From Alphaproteobacteria bacterium (GTDB lineage Bacteria; Pseudomonadota; Alphaproteobacteria; DATDPM01): a DNA stretch of 64,000 bases. Under the pieces are notes generated by a model that saw nothing but the letters and a program-made list of their open reading frames with translations, was not told the DNA's origin and ran no database searches. Both the position numbers and the translations under genes were made by a program. Positions 8,480 to 17,478 of the stretch are shown piece after piece. Position 1 is the stretch's first letter; each line of letters begins with the position of its first letter. The stretch is taken from contig JBGQJC010000001.1 of assembly GCA_041498815.1 (NCBI GenBank), positions 49,773-113,772 of the forward strand, in the 5' to 3' direction.

Positions 8480-10621
8480 ATGGCGGAAATCGAGCAAAAA
8501 TTCGGCGAGGAAGAGGCGGCGAAGGTCCGCGCGTGCCTGGCGAAGGTGATTGCGAGCGAGGTCTTCGCCCAGGCCAAGCGTCAGAAGCGCTTGCTCGAGT
8601 ACCTGACCGCCGAGACATTGGCCGGCCGCGCCAATCTGCTCAAGGGATATACCATCGGAGTCGAGGTATTCGACCGCGACCCGAGCTTCGATCCCGGCAT
8701 CGACGCGATCGTCCGGGTCGAAGCCGCACGGCTCCGGAACAAGCTCTTGGAATATTACGCCGCAGATGGCAGTTCGGATCCCATCCGCATCGAATTGCCG
8801 AAGGGCTCTTACTTCGTCCGGGTCTCCTACCGCGGCGGCGAAACTGGCCGGCAACCGGAAGCGCCGCCGGTAACGCGAAGGCTGGCCGCCATTCTTTGCG
8901 CGGATGTGAAGGGCTACAGCCATTTGATGGAGAAGGACGAGGGGGCAACCGTTCGTACCTTGAGCTCTCATGGGCATGTCATCGCGGGACTGATGGACAG
9001 TCACAGCGGGCGGATCGTCAGCACGGCCGGAGACGGATTTTTGGCCGAATTCGGCAGCGTCGTGGACGCCGTAAACTGCGCGGTCGCCATTCAGCGCAAG
9101 CTTGGCGAGGAAAATGCCGCGCTCGAAGGCGATAGCCGTTTGGATTACCGGATCGGCATAAATCTTGGGGACATCATCATTCAGGAGAAAACCGTTTTCG
9201 GGGACGGAGTGAATATATCCGCTCGGCTCGAATCTTTGGCGAGACCGGGCAACATTTGCATTTCCGGCAGCGTCTACGATCAGGTCAAACGCAAATTGCC
9301 GCTGTCTTATGAGGACGCAGGCCTCCAAAAGCTCAAGAACATCGAGGAGCCGGTCCACGTCTATCATATTCGCATCGCCGGGCCGTTGCCGCCTGCAGCC
9401 CCCCTTCCGGCGCCGCCCGGGATCTCGCCATCCGCTCTCGTAGCGCCCACGGATAAGCCCTCGCTCGCGGTCCTGCCCTTCGCCAACATGAGCAGCGATC
9501 CGGAGCAGGAATATTTTGCCGACGGCATCACCGAAGACTTGATCACCGAATTTTCCAAGCTGTCCGGATTGTTCGTCATCGCCCGCCATTCCGCTTTCGT
9601 CTACAAGGGCGTGAGGAAGAACATCCAGGAGATCGGGAAGGAACTGGGGGTCCGTTACCTGATCGAGGGCAGCGTCCGGCGCGCGGGCGAGCGGGTCCGG
9701 ATCACGGCGCAGTTGATCGACGCCGCATCCGGCGCCCATGTTTGGGCCGAACGCTACGATCGCGACCTCAAGGACATCTTCGACGTCCAGGACGACGTCA
9801 CCCGGCGCATCGTGGATACGCTGCACGTGACACTTTCGCCCGTCGAATCCCAGCGCATCGGCCACGAGGGCACGGTGAGCATCGAGGCCCACGACATGAT
9901 GCTGCGGGGCCTCGAGCGGTTCTGGACGTATTCGCCGGATGGAACCGCCGACGCGCAGGCGCTCTTCCTCAAGGCATTGGAGCTCGACCCGAATTATGCC
10001 GCGGCGCACGGCTGGGTGGCGCGGACGATGGTCTATCAATGGGCGATGAGATGGATCGAAGGCGACATTCTGGATCGGGCGCTTGAGCACGCGACGGCGG
10101 CGGTTCGATTGGACGATCACCTTCCGTTCAGCTATTTCGCGCTGGGCTGGGTCCTGCTGTGGCGCAGGCAAAAGGAAGAGGCGATTGCCGCCGGCCGCCG
10201 CGCGGTGGCGCTGGATCCGAACAACGCCGACTCTCAAATGTTCTTGTCCCTGAGCCTCAGTGCCGCGGACCGCGGGGAAGAGTCGTTGACCTATATCACG
10301 AGCGCCATGCGGCTCAATCCGCATCCGGCGCTGCTTTATGTCTTCGCGCTCGGTCAGTGCTACTACGTCATGAAAAAGTACGATGAGGCGATCGCCGCCT
10401 TCAAATGGGGCGTCCAGTTGGGCGACCAGTTCCCGCCCAACCACCTCTATCTCGCCGCGATTTACAGCGAGCTGGGGCGCACCGAAGAGGCGGCCGCGGA
10501 AAGAGACAGGACTTTCGCGGCGGCGGGCAGCCGGAAACTGCCGGTCATCAAAATGATGATGTTCGAGGGTGAAACCAGCCGCCGGTTAGAGGAAAACTCG
10601 AAACGCATTGGGCTGGCGTAA
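8480..10621 (+). CDS. class III adenylate/guanylate cyclase with N-terminal winged-helix regulator-like domain, TolB-N-like domain and C-terminal TPR repeats
   Basis: CHD cyclase block: LAAILCADVKGYS...STAGDGFLAEFGS...GINLGD. The N-terminus MAEIEQKFGEEE... resembles a DNA-binding transcription-activator domain. The C-terminal repeats are TPR-like. Confidence 0.85.
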   Translation: MAEIEQKFGEEEAAKVRACLAKVIASEVFAQAKRQKRLLEYLTAETLAGRANLLKGYTIGVEVFDRDPSFDPGIDAIVRVEAARLRNKLLEYYAADGSSDPIRIELPKGSYFVRVSYRGGETGRQPEAPPVTRRLAAILCADVKGYSHLMEKDEGATVRTLSSHGHVIAGLMDSHSGRIVSTAGDGFLAEFGSVVDAVNCAVAIQRKLGEENAALEGDSRLDYRIGINLGDIIIQEKTVFGDGVNISARLESLARPGNICISGSVYDQVKRKLPLSYEDAGLQKLKNIEEPVHVYHIRIAGPLPPAAPLPAPPGISPSALVAPTDKPSLAVLPFANMSSDPEQEYFADGITEDLITEFSKLSGLFVIARHSAFVYKGVRKNIQEIGKELGVRYLIEGSVRRAGERVRITAQLIDAASGAHVWAERYDRDLKDIFDVQDDVTRRIVDTLHVTLSPVESQRIGHEGTVSIEAHDMMLRGLERFWTYSPDGTADAQALFLKALELDPNYAAAHGWVARTMVYQWAMRWIEGDILDRALEHATAAVRLDDHLPFSYFALGWVLLWRRQKEEAIAAGRRAVALDPNNADSQMFLSLSLSAADRGEESLTYITSAMRLNPHPALLYVFALGQCYYVMKKYDEAIAAFKWGVQLGDQFPPNHLYLAAIYSELGRTEEAAAERDRTFAAAGSRKLPVIKMMMFEGETSRRLEENSKRIGLA

Positions 10622-10660
10622 GGGGTATTTTTCACGCTGCGGCGCGCGATCCGTCCTTTA

Positions 10661-10712
10661 TAAAAAAAGAGAAGCCCGCGGGGGGAACCGCAGGCTTCAA
10701 GGGGGCGGAAGG
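10661..10712. terminator. putative bidirectional rho-independent terminator between the convergent cyclase and PepSY genes
   Basis: An imperfect GC-rich hairpin (gaagcccgcgg...ccgcaggcttc) is flanked by an A-run upstream, which gives a T-run on the other strand. Confidence 0.35.
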
Positions 10713-10733
10713 AGCTTCGGGGGGAGGAATTCC

Positions 10734-11027
10734 TTAGCGCTGGTCATCGCTGGCGACCGTGCTGATCTCGTGGCCGGTGACGGCGTCGATCTTGAGCTGC
10801 TTTGCGGTCCCGTCGTCTGCGGTATAGCGGAAGTCATAGGCCCGGGCGGAGGTGTCGTAGCGGACGGCCTGGAACTCGCCGTAGTCCGAGCGCTGCTCGA
10901 GGGCGTGCATGACGGTCGAGAATGCGACGATCGGGGAATTGGCGGGCTCTTGCGCGGACGCGGTCGTGGCGGTTAGGGCGAACAGGACGGCGATCATCTT
11001 CACTGTGGTTTCGATTTGGGTCTTCAT
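10734..11027 (-). CDS. PepSY domain-containing periplasmic protein
   Basis: A signal peptide followed by a single PepSY-like fold (YDFRYTADDGTAKQLKIDAVTGHEI). Confidence 0.65.
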   Translation of the reverse strand: MKTQIETTVKMIAVLFALTATTASAQEPANSPIVAFSTVMHALEQRSDYGEFQAVRYDTSARAYDFRYTADDGTAKQLKIDAVTGHEISTVASDDQR

Positions 11028-11208
11028 GGCGTCTCTCCCGGCGAGGGTTGGTTGCTTCGATGGCCGGGAGTATGAGGAGAAGAGCCGCGCCCCATCAGTT
11101 TCATACGGTTCCTACCCCGGGAATCCGGCCTTTTCCGCCGAAAATCCCGGTTCGCCGCAATAGGTACGTACCGTTAAAAATGGCCGTGAGGGCCGACGCG
11201 GCCGCGGC

Positions 11209-12552
11209 TCAAACCGCGATCACGTAATCGAACCAGAAGGGCCCTTCGGTAAATCCGGGCACCGGCTTGGGCGCCGGGCCGTCGGGCGCCCCGGCAACGT
11301 GGATCGAATCGCTGCGGACGACTCCCTTGGCCTTGTTCTTTAGCGCGTCCATCAATTTCCCGAAGGGGATCGAGGGCCAGGGCTTGTTCTGCGTCGAAAT
11401 CATCGCCGCGAATCGCCCTTGGGTCATTTTCTCCAACGCGCTTTTCGGGGTCGCGTTGTGGCTCCCGTGGTGGCCGACCTTGTAGAAATCGACGCTCGCC
11501 AGGATGTCCTTGGCCTCCGGAGATTCGATCCAGGATTGCCAATTTCCGTATTGGGCGTCCCCCGGGAACAGCAGGTTCCGCCCCTTGTAGGAGAAAAGCG
11601 TTACCAGGCTGGTGTTGTTCACCGCCTGATCCAGCGTGAACGCCAGTCCTTCCGGGTCCCCCGCCATTTGCTCCAGCGCCGCCGCGTCCATCTTGGACAG
11701 GATTCCGGACGGGTAATCCTTGGCGCTTGCGTTCCACTTCTTCGCATTCGGGAACGGGGCGACGGCGTTCACCGTTTCGGCGGCGCTGCCGGCAAGCCGG
11801 AGGAATCGGTCGCCGGCCGGCGGGTCCATCTTGGCGAGGAATTTGGGGTCGCGCGGCGGCCCCAGCACGCGCACGGAAAGCCCGGCGATTCCGGCCGCGT
11901 TCTCGAGCTTGTCGCCGGCTTGATAAAATCGGACCCGGCCTCCGGAGATGCCGTTCTTCAGCAATGCCATGGCTTCGGCATTCGGGGCGAGATTTTGGAT
12001 CGCGTATTGCGCCTGCGCGTCCACTTTGGACATCGCCAGGAAGTGGTGCTCAAGCAACCCGATCAGGGCGAGCTGCTTTCTTTTGAGCTTCGCGGCGGCC
12101 GCGTCGTCCGGGTTTTCGGTCCAGGGCATCCACACTTCACCCACCGACAGTTTCCGGAACGCGTCGCCGAAGCGGCCGAATCCCGACACGTGATCTTGAT
12201 GGGCGTGGGTGGCGATCACGAGCGCGAGCCTGCCGCCGGATTCGCGGGCGATGTCGTTGACCGCATCGCCGATGGTCTTGGCGTCTCCCTGAGAATGCAC
12301 GCCGCAGTCGACCAGGATATGCGCCGCCCCGGATTCGGTCGGCAGCGACAACAGGAAGCAATCGCCGAATCCCACCCGGTACATCCGGATGCGGATTTGG
12401 CCGGCATTCGCGCCGGCCGGACCCGGACGCTTGGCGCGCGGCGCCGGCGTTCGCGCGTTTCTGCGAGGCGCTTTTCCCACATTCCGGGCGCGGGCCCTGC
12501 CCTTCCGGGCCGTCTGGCGCGGCTTTGCGCGTTTTCGCGGCGGTCTCGCCAT
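11209..12552 (-). CDS. MBL-fold metallo-hydrolase (alternative start at 12384)
   Basis: HAHQDHVSG (HxHxDH) and a distal VGHHGSHN block. The long start at 12552 has a GGGGA Shine-Dalgarno and lies 3 nt after the upstream stop, so the two genes are translationally coupled. Confidence 0.75.
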   Translation of the reverse strand: MARPPRKRAKPRQTARKGRARARNVGKAPRRNARTPAPRAKRPGPAGANAGQIRIRMYRVGFGDCFLLSLPTESGAAHILVDCGVHSQGDAKTIGDAVNDIARESGGRLALVIATHAHQDHVSGFGRFGDAFRKLSVGEVWMPWTENPDDAAAAKLKRKQLALIGLLEHHFLAMSKVDAQAQYAIQNLAPNAEAMALLKNGISGGRVRFYQAGDKLENAAGIAGLSVRVLGPPRDPKFLAKMDPPAGDRFLRLAGSAAETVNAVAPFPNAKKWNASAKDYPSGILSKMDAAALEQMAGDPEGLAFTLDQAVNNTSLVTLFSYKGRNLLFPGDAQYGNWQSWIESPEAKDILASVDFYKVGHHGSHNATPKSALEKMTQGRFAAMISTQNKPWPSIPFGKLMDALKNKAKGVVRSDSIHVAGAPDGPAPKPVPGFTEGPFWFDYVIAV

Positions 12553-12555
12553 GGC

Positions 12556-14373
12556 TTAAAATCCCCGATGGATCGCCGCGAAATCGAGTTTCTGCAGCGT
12601 CGCGTCCTTCTGGTACGGCGACAGCGCGGCAACCTCGCCCAGACGCGATTGAAACTCCCGTTGCCGCTGGAGCCGGGACTTGTTGCCGATGCTTTTCCGG
12701 ACCACGTAGCGCACGTTTCCGTTATGATCGAAAATCACGGTCGAGCCGCCCCGGAACGTGAATGCCGGAGATTTGGGATCGGCGGGATCGACCTTTTCGG
12801 GACGTTGCTGCATGAACTCGACGACGAATTCGACGACCAGCCGCCCGTTCGGCGCAATGCGGTGAATGGGGTGGAACGACGACGCCTGAATCTTCAACCC
12901 GCCCTTCTTCGATAGCCCCAAGTCCGCGGCGTGAGTCTTGGCGTAAGCCACCAGAATCTTGGCATTCTTCTTCGCCTTGTCCGCATTCAACTTGGCCGCT
13001 TCCTCGTCCGTTTCGTGGAACACTCCGAATCGCAGCCCTTCGCAGGGCGGGAGGCTCTTGCCGTCGTCGGCCGGGCCGCGCCAGCGCAACGCTTCTTCGC
13101 CATAAGACGCCACATCCTCGGGCACGATGCCGCGGCGGCGGAAGGCGCCGATGAGCTCCGCCCGGTAGCCGTGCGGGTCGTCGGGGACGAGATCGGAATC
13201 GGCGGTGATGATGGCGCGCAGGAACTCCCCGAACTGGATGTCCACGGGCGGCGCATAGTCGATCGCCCGGATGCAGATGTTGAGGAAGTTGCCGGCAATC
13301 TTAACCGCCTCGCGGCACAACCGGTCGGCCAAGTCCGGATGAAGATCGCCGGCAGCGCTGACCGCCCCGCCGGCGCGGCCGATCCGCATCAAATCGGCGG
13401 TCCGCTTGAGATAGACGCTGAAGAACGCATCGAAGACCGCGGCGACCAGGATGGCGCCCCGGTTGTGCGGCTCGAATTCCCTTTCGAGCAATGCGGGATC
13501 GGGCGTGGTGCCCAGGGCCTCCCGCAGCGCCTTTCTCGTGCCCATGGCCTCGCCAAACTGCTTGGCCAGCTCGACCAACGGATTATGGCGGCTGATTTCG
13601 GCGCCGATCACCGGCGCGCCGTCCGGCTTCGCGTCGGGGCGAAGCTCCGGTTTGTAGAGCTGTCCGCCCGTCCGGTTGAGGGTGTCGATGACGGCCTCGC
13701 GCATGGAAAAGTGTTGGAACAGGGCGACGATGTCGGCGAACGCCTCGTGGAACGCGGGGGTGTCGGGGCTGGTCGGTTCGGTAAAATACGTGCGGATCCG
13801 GTCTATGACGGCGTGCGTCGTTTCATGGGCGACGATGTCGTGCGACAGGCACGTGAAGACCGTTTGGCCCGGCAGGTTTTCCCCCGCGTCCGTTTCGGAT
13901 GCCGGGAAGTAACCGAACACCAGCGCTTTCAAATCGGGATCGTAGAAAGCGTTGGCCTGCTGGAATGCGTGGGGGAAAATCCGCAAATGGGCGCGGAACG
14001 GCGCATCCTTGCGCGTGCCCGGCTTGGGGCGGAAGTAGATGTCGCGGCCGAGCGCGGTTTCGAAGCGGCTGATCGTTTCGCTGGCGACGGCGTAAACCAT
14101 TTGCTGATGGAATTGAGGATTCGATTCGCCCGGCTCGACGCCGCCGCGAAGAAGAATGTTGGGGTCGTCGAGATTGACCGGGGCGTACCAGCGCTTGTTG
14201 CTGGCGTCGTAATCGACCACGGCGATCTTGCCGCCGACGGGTCCGGGCCTCAGTTCCTCGTACGGCACGCGAATCTGCATGTAATTGCTGAGATTGCGCC
14301 CCATGCTCGGATCGAAGGCGTAGACCGTGAGCGGCCTCGATGTCGGTTTCGCGTATCGGGGCATTTTAGGCAT
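12556..14373 (-). CDS. cytoplasmic thermolysin-like (M4-family-like) zinc metalloprotease domain protein, 605 aa
   Basis: HETTH (HExxH), then about 24 aa on HEAFADI (third zinc ligand Glu), and a distal HNRGAILVAAVF block resembling the thermolysin His231 region. There is no signal peptide. Confidence 0.65.
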   Translation of the reverse strand: MPKMPRYAKPTSRPLTVYAFDPSMGRNLSNYMQIRVPYEELRPGPVGGKIAVVDYDASNKRWYAPVNLDDPNILLRGGVEPGESNPQFHQQMVYAVASETISRFETALGRDIYFRPKPGTRKDAPFRAHLRIFPHAFQQANAFYDPDLKALVFGYFPASETDAGENLPGQTVFTCLSHDIVAHETTHAVIDRIRTYFTEPTSPDTPAFHEAFADIVALFQHFSMREAVIDTLNRTGGQLYKPELRPDAKPDGAPVIGAEISRHNPLVELAKQFGEAMGTRKALREALGTTPDPALLEREFEPHNRGAILVAAVFDAFFSVYLKRTADLMRIGRAGGAVSAAGDLHPDLADRLCREAVKIAGNFLNICIRAIDYAPPVDIQFGEFLRAIITADSDLVPDDPHGYRAELIGAFRRRGIVPEDVASYGEEALRWRGPADDGKSLPPCEGLRFGVFHETDEEAAKLNADKAKKNAKILVAYAKTHAADLGLSKKGGLKIQASSFHPIHRIAPNGRLVVEFVVEFMQQRPEKVDPADPKSPAFTFRGGSTVIFDHNGNVRYVVRKSIGNKSRLQRQREFQSRLGEVAALSPYQKDATLQKLDFAAIHRGF

Positions 14374-14445
14374 TGGGATTCCTCTCCCCTGATTCTTCCT
14401 TGCGGCGCAGCGGCCTCATGGCCGATCCCGCTCGGCCCGGTCTCC

Positions 14446-15591
14446 TCATACGCCTGCATTCGGATAGGGAAAATTCCCGGGCGCCTTCAGACCGGGGTCG
14501 TGAAAGCTGCGCAGCGCGGCATCGCAAACCGCGTATCCCCAATTGATGAGACGTACCTGGACATCCGGCTCCATCGATGCGAGCCGCGTCGGGATACCCG
14601 CGAGGGCCATAGTTCGTTGCGCGGGGCACGGAAGCGCCCCGGGCGCGGGGTACTCGCTTATGTCCGTCCGGATGCTCCAATACGCGCCCTTGCGCGTCTT
14701 GTCCTTGAACGAGCCGATGACCCCCCGTTTCCGGAGCCCGCGCACCTGGTTGTCCACGAGATCGAAGACCCGGTAGGCGTGACGCGCCCAATCCCCCTTC
14801 GGCTGCGGCTCGGGAGGCATCTTGGCGCCGCCGTCGCTGACCAGGATGGTGTCGAATTCCTTCCAAACCGTTTCCAGCCCCAGGTTGTCGTAAACGCCCC
14901 CGTCGCTGAGGACGACCCGGCGGAGGTAAGGATCTTGCTGCAGATCGTCGCCGGAATTCGGTGCGAACGACTTTGGATCGAGCTCGATGGTCATCGGCGA
15001 AAGAAACGGGGGAAAGGCGGACGATGCGGCCACCGCCGTGGCCAAAGGGATAACGGGATTCATGACGCGCCCCACCCGATAGTCGCCCATGTACGGCTTG
15101 GAAAAACGCCACAGCGCGCCCGACTGAACGTTGGTTGCGTTGATCACGAAACGGGGCCGATCGGGGAGAGATTGCAAAGTCGCGTCGCCGAAAAGGTTGC
15201 TGCGGTAGGCGCCGGCGACACGTTCCGCGATCGTGCCGGGCAGAAGCATGCCGCCAACAACCGCGCCGATGTCGATCGTTTTACCGGCGAGTCGGCGGAG
15301 CGGGCCGACCACGAGATCGGCGAAATCGGTTTTTGCGGAATCGAAGGAAAGCCTGCTCCAGGCCAGCGCCAGAACACCCGCGGCAATCGAGCCACCCGAC
15401 ACGCTCGACACCCGGTTTACGGTTTTGAGAATCCCGCTGTCGTAGAGCCGCCAGAGTACCCCCGCATGGAATACCATGGCACGGTAACCGCCGCCCGAGA
15501 GGCAAAGGCCTATGCCGGGTTGGGGCGCGCGGCCGGACCGCGTGTCATTGAGCGGGCTGTTGCGTGCGGCGGGGGAATCGTCCACGAACAT
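14446..15591 (-). CDS. patatin-like phospholipase
   Basis: Oxyanion-hole GGGYRA, nucleophile elbow GVSGGS, and a DGG-type catalytic Asp block. Confidence 0.85.
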   Translation of the reverse strand: MFVDDSPAARNSPLNDTRSGRAPQPGIGLCLSGGGYRAMVFHAGVLWRLYDSGILKTVNRVSSVSGGSIAAGVLALAWSRLSFDSAKTDFADLVVGPLRRLAGKTIDIGAVVGGMLLPGTIAERVAGAYRSNLFGDATLQSLPDRPRFVINATNVQSGALWRFSKPYMGDYRVGRVMNPVIPLATAVAASSAFPPFLSPMTIELDPKSFAPNSGDDLQQDPYLRRVVLSDGGVYDNLGLETVWKEFDTILVSDGGAKMPPEPQPKGDWARHAYRVFDLVDNQVRGLRKRGVIGSFKDKTRKGAYWSIRTDISEYPAPGALPCPAQRTMALAGIPTRLASMEPDVQVRLINWGYAVCDAALRSFHDPGLKAPGNFPYPNAGV

Positions 15592-15803
15592 GACGATCGG
15601 GCCCCTTCACCAAGATCTTCCTCAGAGGAACACCATCCTATTCGAGACGGCATCGTACTTCAACAACGCAGCTTGAATACCCGCGTCGGATCGCGCAACG
15701 GGAAATGTCGCCAATTTGCGCCGGACGCGCGCCATGCGCCGAAGAAGCTATTATGCCCGCCGGCCGAATCTTAGACCGGCGCACGACATTTTAATTGGGG
15801 ATG

Positions 15804-17057
15804 TTACGCCGACTTGAGCGCGGCGGGGCGCGCCTTGAGTTCGGAAACGAGGCGTTCACGGGGGAACCACAGCGTCACCGTGGTACCCGTGCCGGGGATG
15901 CTTGTCATCGTGATCGTGCCGCCGTGAAGCTCGATCAATCCCTTGGTGAGCGATAGGCCGAGCCCGGTACCCTCGTAACGGCGCTTGAGCGAGCCGTCCA
16001 CTTGCGCGAACGGCGTGAATACCACCGGAATATTCTCTTCGGCGATGCCGATGCCGGTATCCGCAACCGTGATGTCGATTCCGCTCGAATCGATGCGCGT
16101 CGTGACCGTTACCTGCCCGCGGGCGGGCGTGAACTTGACCGCGTTCGACAGCAGATTGAGAAGCATCTGCTTCACGCGCCGCGCATCGGCCAGCAAATGC
16201 GGCTGGCCCGGATGCGGCGCGAAGTCGATTCGCACATCCGCCTCCCGCGCGCGCTCGATAACGAGCCGGATCGCGGACTGAATCGTTCCGTCCACATCGA
16301 AGGCGGTTTCCTGCAGGTCGATCTTTCCCGCTTCCACCTTCGAGACGTCGAGGATGTCGTTGATGACTTCGAGGAGATGCTTGGCGCTGCCGAAGATGTC
16401 GCGCACATATTCGCGGTAAAACGGGTTATTGACCGGGCCCGAAAGCTCGTCCTTCATGATCTCGGAAAATCCGATGATCGCGTTCAAGGGCGTGCGCAGT
16501 TCGTGGCTCATGTTGGCCAGGAACTCGGATTTGGCGCGGTTGGCAAGCTCCGCCTGCTCCTTGGCGGCGGCCAAGGACACCGATTTTTCGATCAGCGATT
16601 GGCGGTCGCGCGCCTGGGCGATGGCGTAGCGGATCGAACGGTCGAGCAGCGGGGCGGTGAGCGTCGTCTTATCCAGAAAGTCGGCGGCGCCCGCCTCCAT
16701 CGCCGCGATGTCGATGTCGCGGTCGCTGGCCCCCGTGAGCAGGATGGCGGGGGCGAGCGAGCCCATTTGGGGTGCGTCGCGCAACAAATCGAGCCCGCTT
16801 TTGCCGCCCAGGCGGTAATCGATCAAACAGGCGTCGTGTTCATTGCGCGCGAGGGCGGCCAGCCCGTCGTCGAAAGTTTGCGCCCAGCGGACCTCATACT
16901 GACCGGCCGCGACCTCGGCCAAGAGATCGCGGGTAATCAGATAATCGTCCTCGTCGTCCTCGACCAGAAGGACGCGGATCGCCACGAGTGCCTCCGTCCC
17001 CGCGGTCAGGCCGCGGCCGGTTTGCTGGCCGGCGGCAACTCGACGATTTCCACCCAA
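15804..17057 (-). CDS. hybrid response regulator / histidine kinase (REC-HisKA-HATPase)
   Basis: N-terminal REC ([10 protein letters not shown] ... D), then H-box [17 protein letters not shown] and the C-terminal GTGLGLSL block of the ATPase domain. Confidence 0.85.
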   Translation of the reverse strand: MGGNRRVAAGQQTGRGLTAGTEALVAIRVLLVEDDEDDYLITRDLLAEVAAGQYEVRWAQTFDDGLAALARNEHDACLIDYRLGGKSGLDLLRDAPQMGSLAPAILLTGASDRDIDIAAMEAGAADFLDKTTLTAPLLDRSIRYAIAQARDRQSLIEKSVSLAAAKEQAELANRAKSEFLANMSHELRTPLNAIIGFSEIMKDELSGPVNNPFYREYVRDIFGSAKHLLEVINDILDVSKVEAGKIDLQETAFDVDGTIQSAIRLVIERAREADVRIDFAPHPGQPHLLADARRVKQMLLNLLSNAVKFTPARGQVTVTTRIDSSGIDITVADTGIGIAEENIPVVFTPFAQVDGSLKRRYEGTGLGLSLTKGLIELHGGTITMTSIPGTGTTVTLWFPRERLVSELKARPAALKSA

Positions 17058-17473
17058 TAGTTGCCGAGCACCTGGACGACATGAACCAGATTCTCGAACG
17101 TCACCGGTTTGGTGATGAAGGAATTGGCGCCGAGGTCGTAGGTGCGAAGAATATCTTCTTCCGCGCGCGAGGTGGTGAGCACCACGACCGGAATGCGCCG
17201 CAAATCGGCGTGCGCCTTGATCTCGGCCAAGGCCTCGCGGCCGTCCTTCTTCGGCATGTTGAGATCGAGAAGGATGAGGCCGGGATAAGGCGTGCCGGAC
17301 AGATTCGCGTACTTACCGCGGCGGAAGAGGTAATCGAGAAGCTGCTCGCCGTCCTCGACGAAATGGATATCGTTGTTGAGGCGGCTTTCCTGGAATGCTT
17401 CCTTGACCAGCATGCGGTCGTCGGAATCGTCGTCCGCCATCAGAATCGTGATCGGTTTGCCGTTGGGCCTCAT
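17006..17473 (-). CDS. single-domain response regulator (REC)
   Basis: [10 protein letters not shown]...[11 protein letters not shown]...K is a CheY-like fold. Its 3' end overlaps the next gene by 52 nt. Confidence 0.8.
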   Translation of the reverse strand: MRPNGKPITILMADDDSDDRMLVKEAFQESRLNNDIHFVEDGEQLLDYLFRRGKYANLSGTPYPGLILLDLNMPKKDGREALAEIKAHADLRRIPVVVLTTSRAEEDILRTYDLGANSFITKPVTFENLVHVVQVLGNYWVEIVELPPASKPAAA

Positions 17474-17478
17474 AGGGC

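Noticed and set aside
8315-10444. 709-aa ORF antisense to the adenylate cyclase gene
   Set aside because: Arg/Gly/Asp-rich low-complexity translation with no motifs. It lies opposite a well-supported gene and is a typical high-GC antisense artefact.
12931-15774. 947-aa ORF antisense to the patatin and M4-like protease genes
   Set aside because: Same GC-driven artefact. No domains, and it overlaps two motif-rich genes on the other strand.
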